Shown here in pieces: positions 30,860 through 40,905 of a stretch of 64,000 nucleotides of DNA (within the stretch, counting starts at the first letter, position 1; each line of letters starts with the position of its first letter). The notes under the pieces were generated by a model. It saw only the letters and a list, made by a program, of their open reading frames with translations, did not search any database and was not told the DNA's origin. The DNA lies in assembly GCA_965277805.1 (NCBI GenBank), contig OZ255842.1:2688001-2752000 (forward strand), given 5' to 3'. Position numbers and translations under genes: made by a program. This DNA comes from Candidatus Lustribacter sp. (GTDB lineage Bacteria; Vulcanimicrobiota; Vulcanimicrobiia; Vulcanimicrobiales; Vulcanimicrobiaceae).

Positions 30860-31816
30860 TTACGGCGACGCGATTAGTTCGGAGGCCGGGAATGACTTCG
30901 TGAGCGTGCCGTATTTTGCAGCGGCGTCGATGACCGGCTGCATGTAGGCGGGGTTGAGCGTGCCCGACGTATCATACGTGGCGCGCGTCATGGTTTTCGC
31001 GACGTCCGGGTCAAGCTTCAAGTATTTCAGCAAGATAACGCCCGACTCGGTGTGATGCGCGTTCGCCCACACCGCAGTATGCTGCATTGCGACGCGGAAA
31101 CGGCGAATCGCCTCCGCGTTCTTCGCGATCCAGGAGTCATTGGCGAACCAGCCCATGATCAGGAATTTCGGCGCGATGGCGCTCTGGGCGTTACCGAGCT
31201 GGCGCACGACGTCCTTCGCGGCGCTGAGAAACGGCTCGTTCATGAGCGCCGCAGAAACCCGATGCGCCTGCACAGCCGCAGCCATCTCCGAGAACGGGAT
31301 CTCGATATACTTGATCGTTTTAAGGTCGGCGCCGCTTTTGTCGAGCCACGCTTCCGTCGTGAACTGCGTGAGGTCTTTGAGTCCGTTGACGGCGATCGTC
31401 GTGTTGTTCAAATCGCTTGCGACCTTGACGGGCGAGTCTTTGGCCACAACGAGCGTCGTCGTCGGCGGCGGTCCGCCATACATCGCGCCGGGTGCAATGT
31501 AGCGCATCGTCAGGCCGTGTTCGTGCGCGGTTGCGACAACGCCGACGCTCGCCACCGCGACGTCGATCGCGCCTGATGCCATGGCTGAGGTCAGCGCCGG
31601 GCCGTTGAGCAGCAGGGTAAGTTTGACATCGAGGCCGGCGTCTTTAAAGAACCCCATGTCTTGCGCGTAAAAGCCCTCGCCAGTGGCGTCGCCCGGCTGC
31701 ACGCCGAGATTGATGGTGATCGGATCGGTCGCGGCGCGCAGCGGCGTCGCGGCTCCGGCTGCAAGGGTGGCGCACGCCACAACGGCGAGGAGCAGGCGTC
31801 GGAACTTAGCCGCCAT
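30860..31816 (-). CDS. SsuA/THI5-like (NitT/TauT) solute-binding protein
   Basis: Signal peptide; GFFKDAGLDV, DSPVKVASDL and EPF motifs. Confidence 0.88.
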   Translation of the reverse strand: MAAKFRRLLLAVVACATLAAGAATPLRAATDPITINLGVQPGDATGEGFYAQDMGFFKDAGLDVKLTLLLNGPALTSAMASGAIDVAVASVGVVATAHEHGLTMRYIAPGAMYGGPPPTTTLVVAKDSPVKVASDLNNTTIAVNGLKDLTQFTTEAWLDKSGADLKTIKYIEIPFSEMAAAVQAHRVSAALMNEPFLSAAKDVVRQLGNAQSAIAPKFLIMGWFANDSWIAKNAEAIRRFRVAMQHTAVWANAHHTESGVILLKYLKLDPDVAKTMTRATYDTSGTLNPAYMQPVIDAAAKYGTLTKSFPASELIASP

Positions 31817-31922
31817 TGAAATTCCCTCCAGGATGGAGCGAGGAGAATGAAATCCCCGCACCGTTCCTTGAGAGGATGGGCCACTACTGCCACTCAGGCC
31901 CGTTCGCTATCGAGGTTCGACC

Positions 31923-32966
31923 GTGACCGAATTTTTGACGACCACCGAGATTGTGCGCGCCGCGCAGGCTGCGCTCGAGCCGTCGGCCTGGGATTACATC
32001 GTCGGCGGATCAGAGACGGAAATGACGCTGCGCCGTAATCGCGAGGCGATCGAAGGCCTAGCGTTTCGTCCGCGCGTCTTGCGCGACGTGCGCACCGTCG
32101 ACACGTCGACGCGGCTGCTCGGCACGAAGCTTCGCATCCCGTACATTCTGGCGCCGGTCGGTTCGCTGCAGACGATCACGCCCGACGGCGCAGCAGCGCA
32201 AGTGCGCGGCGCCTGCGCATTCGGCACGTTGCCCGTGATCAGTTCGGTGACGGAGCCCTCGCTGGAACAGTCGGCAGCGGCGGCCGCCGGCGACAAGTGG
32301 TTCCAGCTCTACGTGCGTGGCGACGTCGACTGGATTGCCGAGATCCTCAAGCGCGTGAGAACCGCCGGCTACAAAGCGCTCGTGATTACGGTCGACGTTG
32401 CGCACTACAGCAATCGCGAACGCCAAAAGCGGCATAGTTTCGTGCCCGACGGGCAGCGCGCCGGGGGCAAGGATTTTCAGGCGGCGCTCGACTGGAAGAT
32501 GCTCGATAAGATTCGCGGCCTGGCGAAGATGCCGGTGATCGTAAAAGGCATTCAGACGCACGAAGATGCGCGTATCGCGCTGAAGCGTGGCGTCGACGGC
32601 ATCTGGGTGTCCAATCACGGCGGCCGGCAACTGGATCATGCGCGCGGCGGCCTCGACGTTCTCCCTGAAGTCATCGACGTGGTGCGTGGCAAGATTCCGG
32701 TGATCGTCGATGGCGCTTTCACGCGCGGCACTGATATTATCAAGGGAATCGCACTTGGCGCCAACGCGGTGGCGGGCGGGAAGATGCATGCCTGGGCGCT
32801 CGGCGCCGGCGGCACAACGGCCCTCGAGCGCATGCTCGAGCTGCTGCGGATCGAAGTCGAGACGACGATGGCCCTGCTCGGCATTACCGCGCTGAAGCAG
32901 CTCGACAAATCGTACGTCGCCAAAGCCGATGCCAGCATCGGCCGCGGGCCTTTCCCGCTGCTCTAG
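31923..32966 (+). CDS. FMN-dependent alpha-hydroxy acid oxidase/dehydrogenase
   Basis: FRPRVLRDV, WFQLY, VKGI and SNHGGRQLD motifs. Confidence 0.92.
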   Translation: MTEFLTTTEIVRAAQAALEPSAWDYIVGGSETEMTLRRNREAIEGLAFRPRVLRDVRTVDTSTRLLGTKLRIPYILAPVGSLQTITPDGAAAQVRGACAFGTLPVISSVTEPSLEQSAAAAAGDKWFQLYVRGDVDWIAEILKRVRTAGYKALVITVDVAHYSNRERQKRHSFVPDGQRAGGKDFQAALDWKMLDKIRGLAKMPVIVKGIQTHEDARIALKRGVDGIWVSNHGGRQLDHARGGLDVLPEVIDVVRGKIPVIVDGAFTRGTDIIKGIALGANAVAGGKMHAWALGAGGTTALERMLELLRIEVETTMALLGITALKQLDKSYVAKADASIGRGPFPLL

Positions 32967-32972
32967 CTTCGA

Positions 32973-33338
32973 TTAATCGAAGTCGTCCGGTCGCAGTTCG
33001 ATCGGTGATCCATGCGGCGTGCGATCGGCTGCGTGATCCCACGCATCGTGATAGCGCGTGAGCGCTGCTCGATCCGTTAGCTGCTTTTCCGCAACGATGC
33101 GTTCAAGCGCATTTTGCCAGTAAAGGTAGTAGTTTTCGCCCGTATCCGGATCGCCGGTTTTCTCGGCGATGCGAATCTCATCTGCGAGGACGGCGGCCCA
33201 TTCGGGCCAAGTGAACGCGCCGCGTTCGTAAAGCGCTACGGCCATCGCAAACGATTGGGCTTCCCAGGGCTCGCGAAAGACGGGACCCTCCTCATCTCGA
33301 GGAAGGTCAGGCAGCACGTCCGGCGGTGGTAAACTCAT
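32973..33338 (-). CDS. Nitrile hydratase accessory/activator protein
   Basis: PVFREPWEAQSFAMAV, FTWPEW and YYLYW motifs; overlaps the beta subunit stop. Confidence 0.9.
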   Translation of the reverse strand: MSLPPPDVLPDLPRDEEGPVFREPWEAQSFAMAVALYERGAFTWPEWAAVLADEIRIAEKTGDPDTGENYYLYWQNALERIVAEKQLTDRAALTRYHDAWDHAADRTPHGSPIELRPDDFD

Positions 33339-33988
33339 GCCGGTATCAGGTACGGCTCGAATGCTTCGATCGACACGGTGGTCGACGGATCAGCGTCGTC
33401 ACCCCACAACTCGCGCCCGGAAAAGACGACCGTGTAGAGCCACTGCGGTTGTTCGCCTTGACCGATTGCGACCGAATCGGGATACACGTGGCAGCCGCGC
33501 ACGGCCTCAATCGTACCGCGCTTGTCGCGAGCGTATCGCGGTAACCGCGTATGGGTGATCGGATTGAGATTGCGCGTCTGTACGTGATCACCCGGCTTGA
33601 AACGGGCTGCGGTCAACGGCGGACGCCCGAAGTCGGCGCGCTTCATGGTTGCGACCGCGGCCGGCGTCATGACCCGCGCGACCGCCTTTCCGGGCCGTAG
33701 CGACTTTCCGGCTGCGATTTCGTCGGGACCGATATAACCGCGGTCGATCAGGCGTTTCTCGATCCCGGTAAACCATTTTTTGTAGTACGAGAAACGAAGG
33801 TAATCGACCGGATTCATCGCTTCAATCGACGCGCGGCTTTCGTCGATCACCCACGCCCCGGCATAACCCATGACGCGGTTGATCCCGTAAACACGACCTT
33901 CCCACGCAGCGTGGAACGCGGGCTCGTTCGCTTCTTCGATCACTGGACCGAAGCCGTCCATGCCGCCCAAATCGTGTATCGAATTCAT
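33335..33988 (-). CDS. nthB: Nitrile hydratase beta subunit
   Basis: MNSIHDLGGMDGFG, HTRLPRY and FEPYL motifs; ATGA overlap with alpha. Confidence 0.95.
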   Translation of the reverse strand: MNSIHDLGGMDGFGPVIEEANEPAFHAAWEGRVYGINRVMGYAGAWVIDESRASIEAMNPVDYLRFSYYKKWFTGIEKRLIDRGYIGPDEIAAGKSLRPGKAVARVMTPAAVATMKRADFGRPPLTAARFKPGDHVQTRNLNPITHTRLPRYARDKRGTIEAVRGCHVYPDSVAIGQGEQPQWLYTVVFSGRELWGDDADPSTTVSIEAFEPYLIPA

Positions 33989-34614
33989 CGCGCGACCTCG
34001 GCCGGACGCAGCGCAACACCCGTTCCGATCATACTGTTGCGCGTCACGAGCGCGGCAAGTTCGTCTTTGGTCATGCCCTCCGTATCCGTGGGCCGCATCG
34101 GCAACACGATAAAGCGCGTTTCGGCAGTCGAATCCCAAACACGAATCGCAGTTTGCGGCGCGAGCGTTACGCCAAAATCGGCGAGCACACCCCTCGGATC
34201 GCGAACGGCACGCGACCGGTAGGGCGCCGACTTATACCAGGTGGGCGGCAAGCCGAGTACTTCCCACGGATAACACGAACACAGTGTGCAGACGACCATG
34301 TTGTGAATCTCCGGTGTATTCTCGACGGCGATCAAATCGCTGCCGACCGGACTGCGATGTCCCAGGGCGTTGATAGCCTCGGTCGCGTTTTCGAGCAGGT
34401 GCTGCTTGAACGCCGCATCGCTCCATGCGCGAGCGACGATTTCGGCACCGATGCGCGGACCGATTTTCGTCTCGAAGGTTTGAACGATCTCGTCAAGCGC
34501 GGCCGGCTCGACGTAGCCTTTTTCAGTAAGGATCGTCTCGAGCGCTCGAACCCGCAACTGCATCTCGCTGAGCTCGGAGCCGTGATCGTGATCGTGTCCA
34601 TGATGCTCTGGCAT
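33985..34614 (-). CDS. nthA: Nitrile hydratase alpha subunit, cobalt type
   Basis: VCTLCSCY metal-binding motif (Thr/Tyr indicate Co type); YRSRAVRDPRGVL. Confidence 0.96.
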   Translation of the reverse strand: MPEHHGHDHDHGSELSEMQLRVRALETILTEKGYVEPAALDEIVQTFETKIGPRIGAEIVARAWSDAAFKQHLLENATEAINALGHRSPVGSDLIAVENTPEIHNMVVCTLCSCYPWEVLGLPPTWYKSAPYRSRAVRDPRGVLADFGVTLAPQTAIRVWDSTAETRFIVLPMRPTDTEGMTKDELAALVTRNSMIGTGVALRPAEVAR

Positions 34615-34703
34615 AAGTCGGGGATACTTCGACGGATTACACCGTGGGGTCCCGTGTTCAGAGCCCTTGTTGCCGTGCTCCGGATAATGCTAGGATTAAG
34701 GTT

Positions 34704-35618
34704 ATGGCTCACGTCTTACCGTCATTTGCATCCGGCGTGGTTGTAAAGCCGCTTGGCGACGCCGGGGCCGCAGAGGTCAAGGGCTTAGACTGTTCGCGCC
34801 CGCTTGGCCCGGAAGTGCTCGCCGCACTACAGGCGGCATTTCTGGAATACCCGATTCTTGCTATCCGCGATCAGGTTCTCACCCCGAAGCAACAAGCCGC
34901 ATTCTCGCGGCAATTCGGTGTCCTGGAACCACAGGAGCGATCGCAGTACGTCCACGCTGACGATCCCGACGTCCTGATCCTTTCGAATGAAATTGGGCCC
35001 GACGGTAATCCCGTCGGGGTCGTGGATGCCGGCGACTTCTTGCATTCTGATTCTTCGCATATGCCGGAACCGGTCAAGGCAACGACGTTGTATGCGGTTA
35101 AGAACCCGAAGACCGGCGGCGATACCGAATATTGCAACATGTATATGGTTTACGACGCGCTGCCGGATGATCTGCGTAAAGCGATCGCGGGACGCACGGC
35201 CGTTCATCACGTCAGCAAGGCTCGCAATCCGCGCGTGTCGATCTCGAAGGATCGACCGGATGCCAAGGACTTCTACGCAGAGGCTGAGCGCAAGTATCCC
35301 GACGTTCACCAGCCGGTCGTTCGCACTCATCCCGAAACGGGCCGCCAAGCGGTGTACGCGTCGCCCCGGTTCACGCTGGCAATCGATGACATGGATCCCG
35401 ACACATCGGAACGCCTTCTCATCGCCGTTTTCGAAATTATGAAACAGCCGCAGTTCCGTTATCGCCATCTCTGGCATGACAACGATCTCGTGATGTGGGA
35501 CAATCGATGCCTCACGCACCGGGCGACCGGCGGTTATGTGTTACCCGACGTGCGGCGCATGCATCGGACCACGATCTGCGGAGACAAGCCGTTTTATCGC
35601 CCTACGATTGGAGAGTAA
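34704..35618 (+). CDS. TauD/TfdA-family Fe(II)/2OG dioxygenase
   Basis: HSD, GGDT, HQPVVRTHPETGR and WDNRCLTHRA motifs. Confidence 0.92.
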   Translation: MAHVLPSFASGVVVKPLGDAGAAEVKGLDCSRPLGPEVLAALQAAFLEYPILAIRDQVLTPKQQAAFSRQFGVLEPQERSQYVHADDPDVLILSNEIGPDGNPVGVVDAGDFLHSDSSHMPEPVKATTLYAVKNPKTGGDTEYCNMYMVYDALPDDLRKAIAGRTAVHHVSKARNPRVSISKDRPDAKDFYAEAERKYPDVHQPVVRTHPETGRQAVYASPRFTLAIDDMDPDTSERLLIAVFEIMKQPQFRYRHLWHDNDLVMWDNRCLTHRATGGYVLPDVRRMHRTTICGDKPFYRPTIGE

Positions 35619-35619
35619 G

Positions 35620-36585
35620 ATGCGTCGACTGATCCGCGGGTTCGCTTTGTTGGCTACGGTAGTGGCGCTTTCTCTCGGCGCCGCGGATGCGCAAGACCGT
35701 CCCGTCATCTCCGTCATCTTGCCGCCGAGCACCGACGTTGCCCCGCTGCTCTACGCGGATCACGCGGGCCTGTTCACTAAGGCCGGACTGAACGTCCAAA
35801 TCACGCAGTTGCCGAACGGCGCGACGATTGCGGCCGCAATTGCCGGTGGTACCGGGCAGATCGGCTTTTCGAGCCTCTCTGCGCTGATCACGGGACACGC
35901 TCGCGGACTCCCCTTCCAACTCGTCGCGCCTGGCGGCGTTTACTCCGCCGACGATCCCTACGCATATATGCTGGTTCGTAGCGATTCGCCGATTCGTAGC
36001 GGCCGCGATCTGAATGGAAAGACGCTGGGGTCCGCGTCCATCGGAGACCTCGATACGGTATCGGCCTACGCCTGGATGGATCAAACCGGCGGGGATGTGA
36101 AAACGACCCACGTGATCGAGCTCCCGAATCCGATCCTCTCACGGGCGCTTCTCGATGGACGGATCGACGCGTTGTCGATCGGCCAGCCGTGGGTGACCCT
36201 GGCACTCGACAGCGGCAAGGTACGCACGATCGGCAAGTCTTTCTCGGCGATCGCTCCCCGATTTCTGATGAGCGCGTACTTTTCAACCGCAGCCTTCGCC
36301 GCGAGCAACCCCGATGCGCTCGATCGATTTGAGCGCGTGGTAAGCGACGCCAGCGCATACGTGAACGCACATCACGATGTGATCATCTCGCTTCTAGCGT
36401 CGTTCACGAAGCTCGATCCGGCGCTCATCGCGCGAACGATGAAAGGCTCCGACGCTCAGTATCTCGACGCCAAGGACATCCAGCCGATGATCGACGCGAG
36501 CGCGAAATTCGGAATGATCGCGAAGCCGTTCAGGGCCGAGGACATGATGAGCTCCGTCCTCCTGAAGCCGCCGGCCTCACATTAA
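35620..36585 (+). CDS. SsuA/THI5-like solute-binding protein
   Basis: Signal peptide; GLFTKAGLNV and DSPIRSGRDLNGK; starts 1 nt after the dioxygenase stop. Confidence 0.88.
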   Translation: MRRLIRGFALLATVVALSLGAADAQDRPVISVILPPSTDVAPLLYADHAGLFTKAGLNVQITQLPNGATIAAAIAGGTGQIGFSSLSALITGHARGLPFQLVAPGGVYSADDPYAYMLVRSDSPIRSGRDLNGKTLGSASIGDLDTVSAYAWMDQTGGDVKTTHVIELPNPILSRALLDGRIDALSIGQPWVTLALDSGKVRTIGKSFSAIAPRFLMSAYFSTAAFAASNPDALDRFERVVSDASAYVNAHHDVIISLLASFTKLDPALIARTMKGSDAQYLDAKDIQPMIDASAKFGMIAKPFRAEDMMSSVLLKPPASH

Positions 36586-36646
36586 ATCACCTTCGCGCTC
36601 ACTGCTACCGCGGGAGAGCGCTGTTCGCTAATCGAACTGCGCGTGC

Positions 36647-37315
36647 TTGGTGCGCGTTCACGTTGGACCCTTCTATGCATTGTCCGTTGCCGCAGGTTGC
36701 GTCGATGCGATCTCGTTTGTCGGCTTCGGCCAAGTTTTCACCGCCAATATGACGGGCAATATGGTCTTATTGGGCATTGCGGCCGTGACTCGGTTCGGGA
36801 CGCTGCCCGTGACGATCGGCTTCGTCGCTCCGCTGATCGCGATCCTCGCCTTCATGGCGGGCGCGCTTGCGCCGCTGCCGCTCTTTCCGGCCGGTCTCCA
36901 CGCGCGCCGGGCGGGCGCGGTCGTACTGGGGGAAGGCGTGCTCGTCGCGATCGCGGCCATCGCGTATGCGTTCATTCATGCGCCTTTCGTCGTGCCGCTC
37001 TGCATCGCACTCGTAAGTTTTGCGATGGGCGCACAGAGCATGGTGGCGAGCAAAGCGGCGCTGCCGGGCATCTCGACCACCTACGTCACGGGCACGCTGA
37101 TCACGGCTATGACGCGAGGCCTCTCGCACGGCGCCCCCGACGAACACCGCCGCGATGCGGTGCGCAACGTGTGGGTGCTCTTCGCCTACATCGGCGGAGC
37201 CTCGCTCGGGGCGTTGCTGTATATAGCCCTCCACCACAAAGTGCTGCTCCTGCTCGCGGTCGCCTTCGCCGGCATCGCCTTCTGGCTCGATCGGCGGGCA
37301 TTCCACAAAACGTAG
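36647..37315 (+). CDS. YoaK/DUF1275-family membrane protein
   Basis: AGCVDA, FTANMTGN, AMGAQ and TTYVTG motifs. Confidence 0.88.
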   Translation: MVRVHVGPFYALSVAAGCVDAISFVGFGQVFTANMTGNMVLLGIAAVTRFGTLPVTIGFVAPLIAILAFMAGALAPLPLFPAGLHARRAGAVVLGEGVLVAIAAIAYAFIHAPFVVPLCIALVSFAMGAQSMVASKAALPGISTTYVTGTLITAMTRGLSHGAPDEHRRDAVRNVWVLFAYIGGASLGALLYIALHHKVLLLLAVAFAGIAFWLDRRAFHKT

Positions 37316-37360
37316 CCCAGAACGCTTTTCACGAGCAAGCGAGCATGCTAAGGTGCCTTC

Positions 37361-37580
37361 TTCAACTTCGTCTGCGGCAGCGCGGCGATCACCGTTGCCG
37401 GTTTGCAAAACGCGGTCACGCAGTTCGAGCGCAGCATGATTACGACGGGCAGCTTGTGGGATCAAGGTTACGCTGCACGACGGCCGCTTCTCGACGCTCG
37501 CGCAGGTGGTCGCGTTCTACAACTCCGGCGTACAGGAAGGGCCGAATCTCGATCCGCGCCTTAATCCCAATGGCGTCCCG
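37361..37580 (+). pseudogene. Remnant of a di-heme cytochrome c peroxidase/MauG-family gene
   Basis: Two out-of-frame fragments: ...ITVAGLQNAVTQFERSMITTGSLWDQG and LHDGRFSTLAQVVAFYNSGVQEGPNLDPRL. Confidence 0.55.
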
Positions 37581-37637
37581 AGCCGGGCGCTTCACGAGCC
37601 CGTTCAGGAGCACAACACCCGCAAGCGTCGCGCGCCG

Positions 37638-38567
37638 TTAGGTTCGGCCTATCGCCTTGCGCCCGTTATAGCGCGCCGAGACCTCATCGTAATAGGCGAT
37701 CGCGCCGGGATGCGTTGGTGCACCGGCGTGCGGCGCATGGCGCGGGCTGTAAAAGATGTCCTCGGATACGCCGTGCGTCGGGCTATCGACATCGAGTGCC
37801 TTGGCCAAGCGGTACACCAGATCGTCCGAGAGATCTTGGCGCACGACGATTGAGTAACCGGGATTCGCTACCGTGATGAGCGGCTTGTCTTGACCGCGAA
37901 ACGTCCCGGCCGGCACCTCGACGACGTCGAGGCAATACTCTGCGGCGACTTCGTCGGCGATGTCGCGATCGAGCGTGAGGAACGACAGATCGTAGACCGC
38001 CGACGCCTGGCCGACGGCCATGAAGCGCGTGCCCTCGCGCATCTGCGCGTTCGCGCGCCCATCCATCCACTGAGCCGTCGTTTGGCCCATGACGTTGAAC
38101 ATTTCGCCGCCCCAGGCCGGAATATCGCGATCGATATCGACGCCGTAGCGGCTCAAGTACGCGCGCGTAATTTGACCGGCGATGAAGCCAGGCGATGCGA
38201 CGCACAGGCCGAGCTTCGGCTTGATGCGCGCGATGTCGGCAAATTCGCGCACGCCGGTATCGGCCTTCACGACGTTCCAGAAATAGTGCCCGACGTGAAT
38301 CATGCCCGCGAGTCCGCGCACGCGCAGGTTCTCGCCGCGATACAGCCCGCTCGACTGTCCGGCCATCTGCGCTGCCGACGTGAGACTGACGGACACGTCC
38401 GCCTCGCCGTCCGAGAGCCAGCGCACGGTTTGTAGCCCGTCGCGTCCCTTACGCTCGAAGCTCGTCTCGAAACCGGCGGCTTTGAACGCGGCTTCGGCCC
38501 AGCGCATGACGATCGCCCAATTTTCGCCCATGCCCTCGATCGACCGAAGGCGGATCACTTCGCTCAC
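37638..38567 (-). CDS. TAXI-type TRAP solute-binding-like protein
   Basis: VPAGTFRGQDKP, DLSDDLVYRLAKA and PTHPGAIAYY motifs; GTGA overlap with upstream gene; no signal peptide evident. Confidence 0.7.
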   Translation of the reverse strand: MSEVIRLRSIEGMGENWAIVMRWAEAAFKAAGFETSFERKGRDGLQTVRWLSDGEADVSVSLTSAAQMAGQSSGLYRGENLRVRGLAGMIHVGHYFWNVVKADTGVREFADIARIKPKLGLCVASPGFIAGQITRAYLSRYGVDIDRDIPAWGGEMFNVMGQTTAQWMDGRANAQMREGTRFMAVGQASAVYDLSFLTLDRDIADEVAAEYCLDVVEVPAGTFRGQDKPLITVANPGYSIVVRQDLSDDLVYRLAKALDVDSPTHGVSEDIFYSPRHAPHAGAPTHPGAIAYYDEVSARYNGRKAIGRT

Positions 38568-39544
38568 GCGGCCGCCTTGATGAGGAACATATCTTCGGCT
38601 TTGAAGCTCGTGGGAATGTATTGCGTTTTTACCGCCGCATCGATCACCGGTTGCAATTGCGCGGGCGTGAACGACGACGGCACCTGCGACTGACCCATTT
38701 TCGCCAACGTTTCCGGCGGCATTTTCGAAAAATCCGCGAGCATCGGAAGCATCTCTTGGTAGTGAACGTTGACGTAGCTGCTGGAGCTCTTCATGACCGC
38801 CGCAAAGGTTGTCGCGGCATCGCGATGCTCGGTCACCCAGGGCGCAATCGAGAACCACGCCGACGCTAAAAAGGCCGGCGCGATGGCATCGAACGGTGTC
38901 GCAATGACGCGCGCGCCCGCTGCTTCGGCCGCGCTCAGGTAGGGCTCGAACGCCATGATGGCGTCGACGCGATGCCCTTGCAACGCCGTCACCGCAACGC
39001 TCGGCAGCGCGGCGAGAAAGTGCACCGAGGCGGGGTCCACCCCTTCGCGCGCGAGCCACGCGGTCATGGACAGACCGAGAATATTCTTCATGACGCCGCC
39101 GACCGTTTTGCCGGCCAAGTCCTTCGCCGACTTAATGGTCGAGTCGCCGGGAACGACGAGCTTGACCGTCGGGGCCACCGACCGGTAAAGTCCGCCGGGC
39201 GAGATGAGCTTGAGCGGAATGCCTTTTTGAAAGGCCTGCACCAGCGTGTATGAGTCGGAGTAGCCGATCTGGACGCTGCCACCCACCTCCGCGGCAAGAA
39301 TGTCGGCCCCGTTCTGCATCGTTTGAAGCTGCAGGTTGAGGCCGGCCTTCGAAAACATGCCTTGACTGCGGCCGTATAGGATGGTTGCCATATCCGGTGA
39401 CGGCAACAGCCCGACCACGACCGGATTGGACGCCGCGGCGGGTGCAGTTTGCGCCAGCGCAGGCCGCGCGAGCGCCAGCGAGGCTGCCGCGCTAATGCAC
39501 GCGCCAACGAACTGTCCCCGTGAGGAAATCTGAATCGGCTTCAC
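38564..39544 (-). CDS. SsuA/THI5-like solute-binding protein
   Basis: Tat-like SSRGQFV...ALA leader; GMFSKAGLNL, IKSAKDLAGK and EPY motifs. Confidence 0.88.
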   Translation of the reverse strand: MKPIQISSRGQFVGACISAAASLALARPALAQTAPAAASNPVVVGLLPSPDMATILYGRSQGMFSKAGLNLQLQTMQNGADILAAEVGGSVQIGYSDSYTLVQAFQKGIPLKLISPGGLYRSVAPTVKLVVPGDSTIKSAKDLAGKTVGGVMKNILGLSMTAWLAREGVDPASVHFLAALPSVAVTALQGHRVDAIMAFEPYLSAAEAAGARVIATPFDAIAPAFLASAWFSIAPWVTEHRDAATTFAAVMKSSSSYVNVHYQEMLPMLADFSKMPPETLAKMGQSQVPSSFTPAQLQPVIDAAVKTQYIPTSFKAEDMFLIKAAA

Positions 39545-39702
39545 GCGCCGTCCTTCTTTGCCGTCTTGGGGCGACCTTGCCCTCGGCGTAAACGCGGCGC
39601 GGGCAGCGATAGCACGAATCGAACAAGAATAGCAAGTTTCCGCACAAGCCGCGTGGTCCGTTATGCCGTAAGGCTCGCGAGCACGTGGGACGGAGGCTTT
39701 GC

Positions 39703-40905
39703 ATGAGCATCAGCACGCAGACGCGGAAATTGGCCGTTCGGTCGTTCGCCGGAATACTTGCCCTCTTGATCGGCGGCGCAGTGCCGGTGCCGGCGGCCGA
39801 TACCTACGTCATTCCGGTCGATCTGCCGCAAACGGGCTCCGGCAGCCTCTTCGGGCAGGGCGAACTCGCCATTCTCCGCCTGCTCGAAAAACGCGTGAAC
39901 GATACCGGCGGTATTCACGGCCAGCCGCTGCACTTCGACTTCCTCGACGATCAGTCGATCCCGCAGAACGCGGTGCAAGTCGTCTCCAACATGCAGGCGG
40001 CAAAACCGGCGGTCATCCTCGGCCCGTCCGTCTCCGCTGCATGCCTCGCCGCCGAGCCGCTCGTCAAAGACGGTCCGGTGTTGTACTGCCTCTCGCCTGC
40101 GGTCTATCCGCCGAATGGGAGCTATATGTTCGGTGCGTACATGACGACCGAAGCCATCGAACGCGCAACCGTCCGGTACATTCACGACATGGGCTGGCGG
40201 CGCATCGGCATGCTGGCGACCACCGACACGAGCGGTCAGGTCGGCGTGCGCGGTTATCAGCGCGCGATCAACGGGCACGAGAAAGGCTACGCGACGATCG
40301 TTGCGCTCGAGCGCTTTAACCCGGACGACGTCAGCGTTGCAGCGCAAGTTGCCAAGATCAAGGCGGCCAACCCACAGGTCATCATCGCATTTGCGGCCGG
40401 AGCTCCGTTCGGAACGATTCTCCGCGCTCTGCGCGACGCCGGCATGGACCTCCCGGTCGATACGAGCTCGGCGAATACGACGCCGACCGCACTCGCACGC
40501 TACGCGCAGATCTTGCCGACGACGCTGATCGTCAACGGGTCGCTCTACGACGGCCGCAAATTGCTTCCGCCGGGACCCTTGAAGGACGCGTGCGATGAGT
40601 TGGAGACCGTTCTGCGCGTCGGCAACGGCGGCACGCCGGGCGCAACCGAACTCCTCACGTGGGACGCCGGGCGGCTCGTCGTCAGCGCGTTGCGTGCGCT
40701 ACCCGCCGGCGCAACGGCCGCGCAACTCCGCGACTACATCTCGCAATTGCACGGCTTCGCCGGCGTGAACGGGATCTACGACTTCCGGACCGGCGACCAG
40801 CACGGACTCACCGATTCCTCGGTTATCGTGTCGCGCTGGGATCCGCAGCAAAAACTCATGGTGGCCGTCAGCCAACCGGGCGGAGCCCCGCTGCCGTCGC
40901 GCTGA
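39703..40905 (+). CDS. LivJ/K-like (type 1 periplasmic) solute-binding protein
   Basis: PQTGSGS, VNDTGGIHGQP, DDQS and GVNGIYDF motifs; signal peptide. Confidence 0.87.
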   Translation: MSISTQTRKLAVRSFAGILALLIGGAVPVPAADTYVIPVDLPQTGSGSLFGQGELAILRLLEKRVNDTGGIHGQPLHFDFLDDQSIPQNAVQVVSNMQAAKPAVILGPSVSAACLAAEPLVKDGPVLYCLSPAVYPPNGSYMFGAYMTTEAIERATVRYIHDMGWRRIGMLATTDTSGQVGVRGYQRAINGHEKGYATIVALERFNPDDVSVAAQVAKIKAANPQVIIAFAAGAPFGTILRALRDAGMDLPVDTSSANTTPTALARYAQILPTTLIVNGSLYDGRKLLPPGPLKDACDELETVLRVGNGGTPGATELLTWDAGRLVVSALRALPAGATAAQLRDYISQLHGFAGVNGIYDFRTGDQHGLTDSSVIVSRWDPQQKLMVAVSQPGGAPLPSR

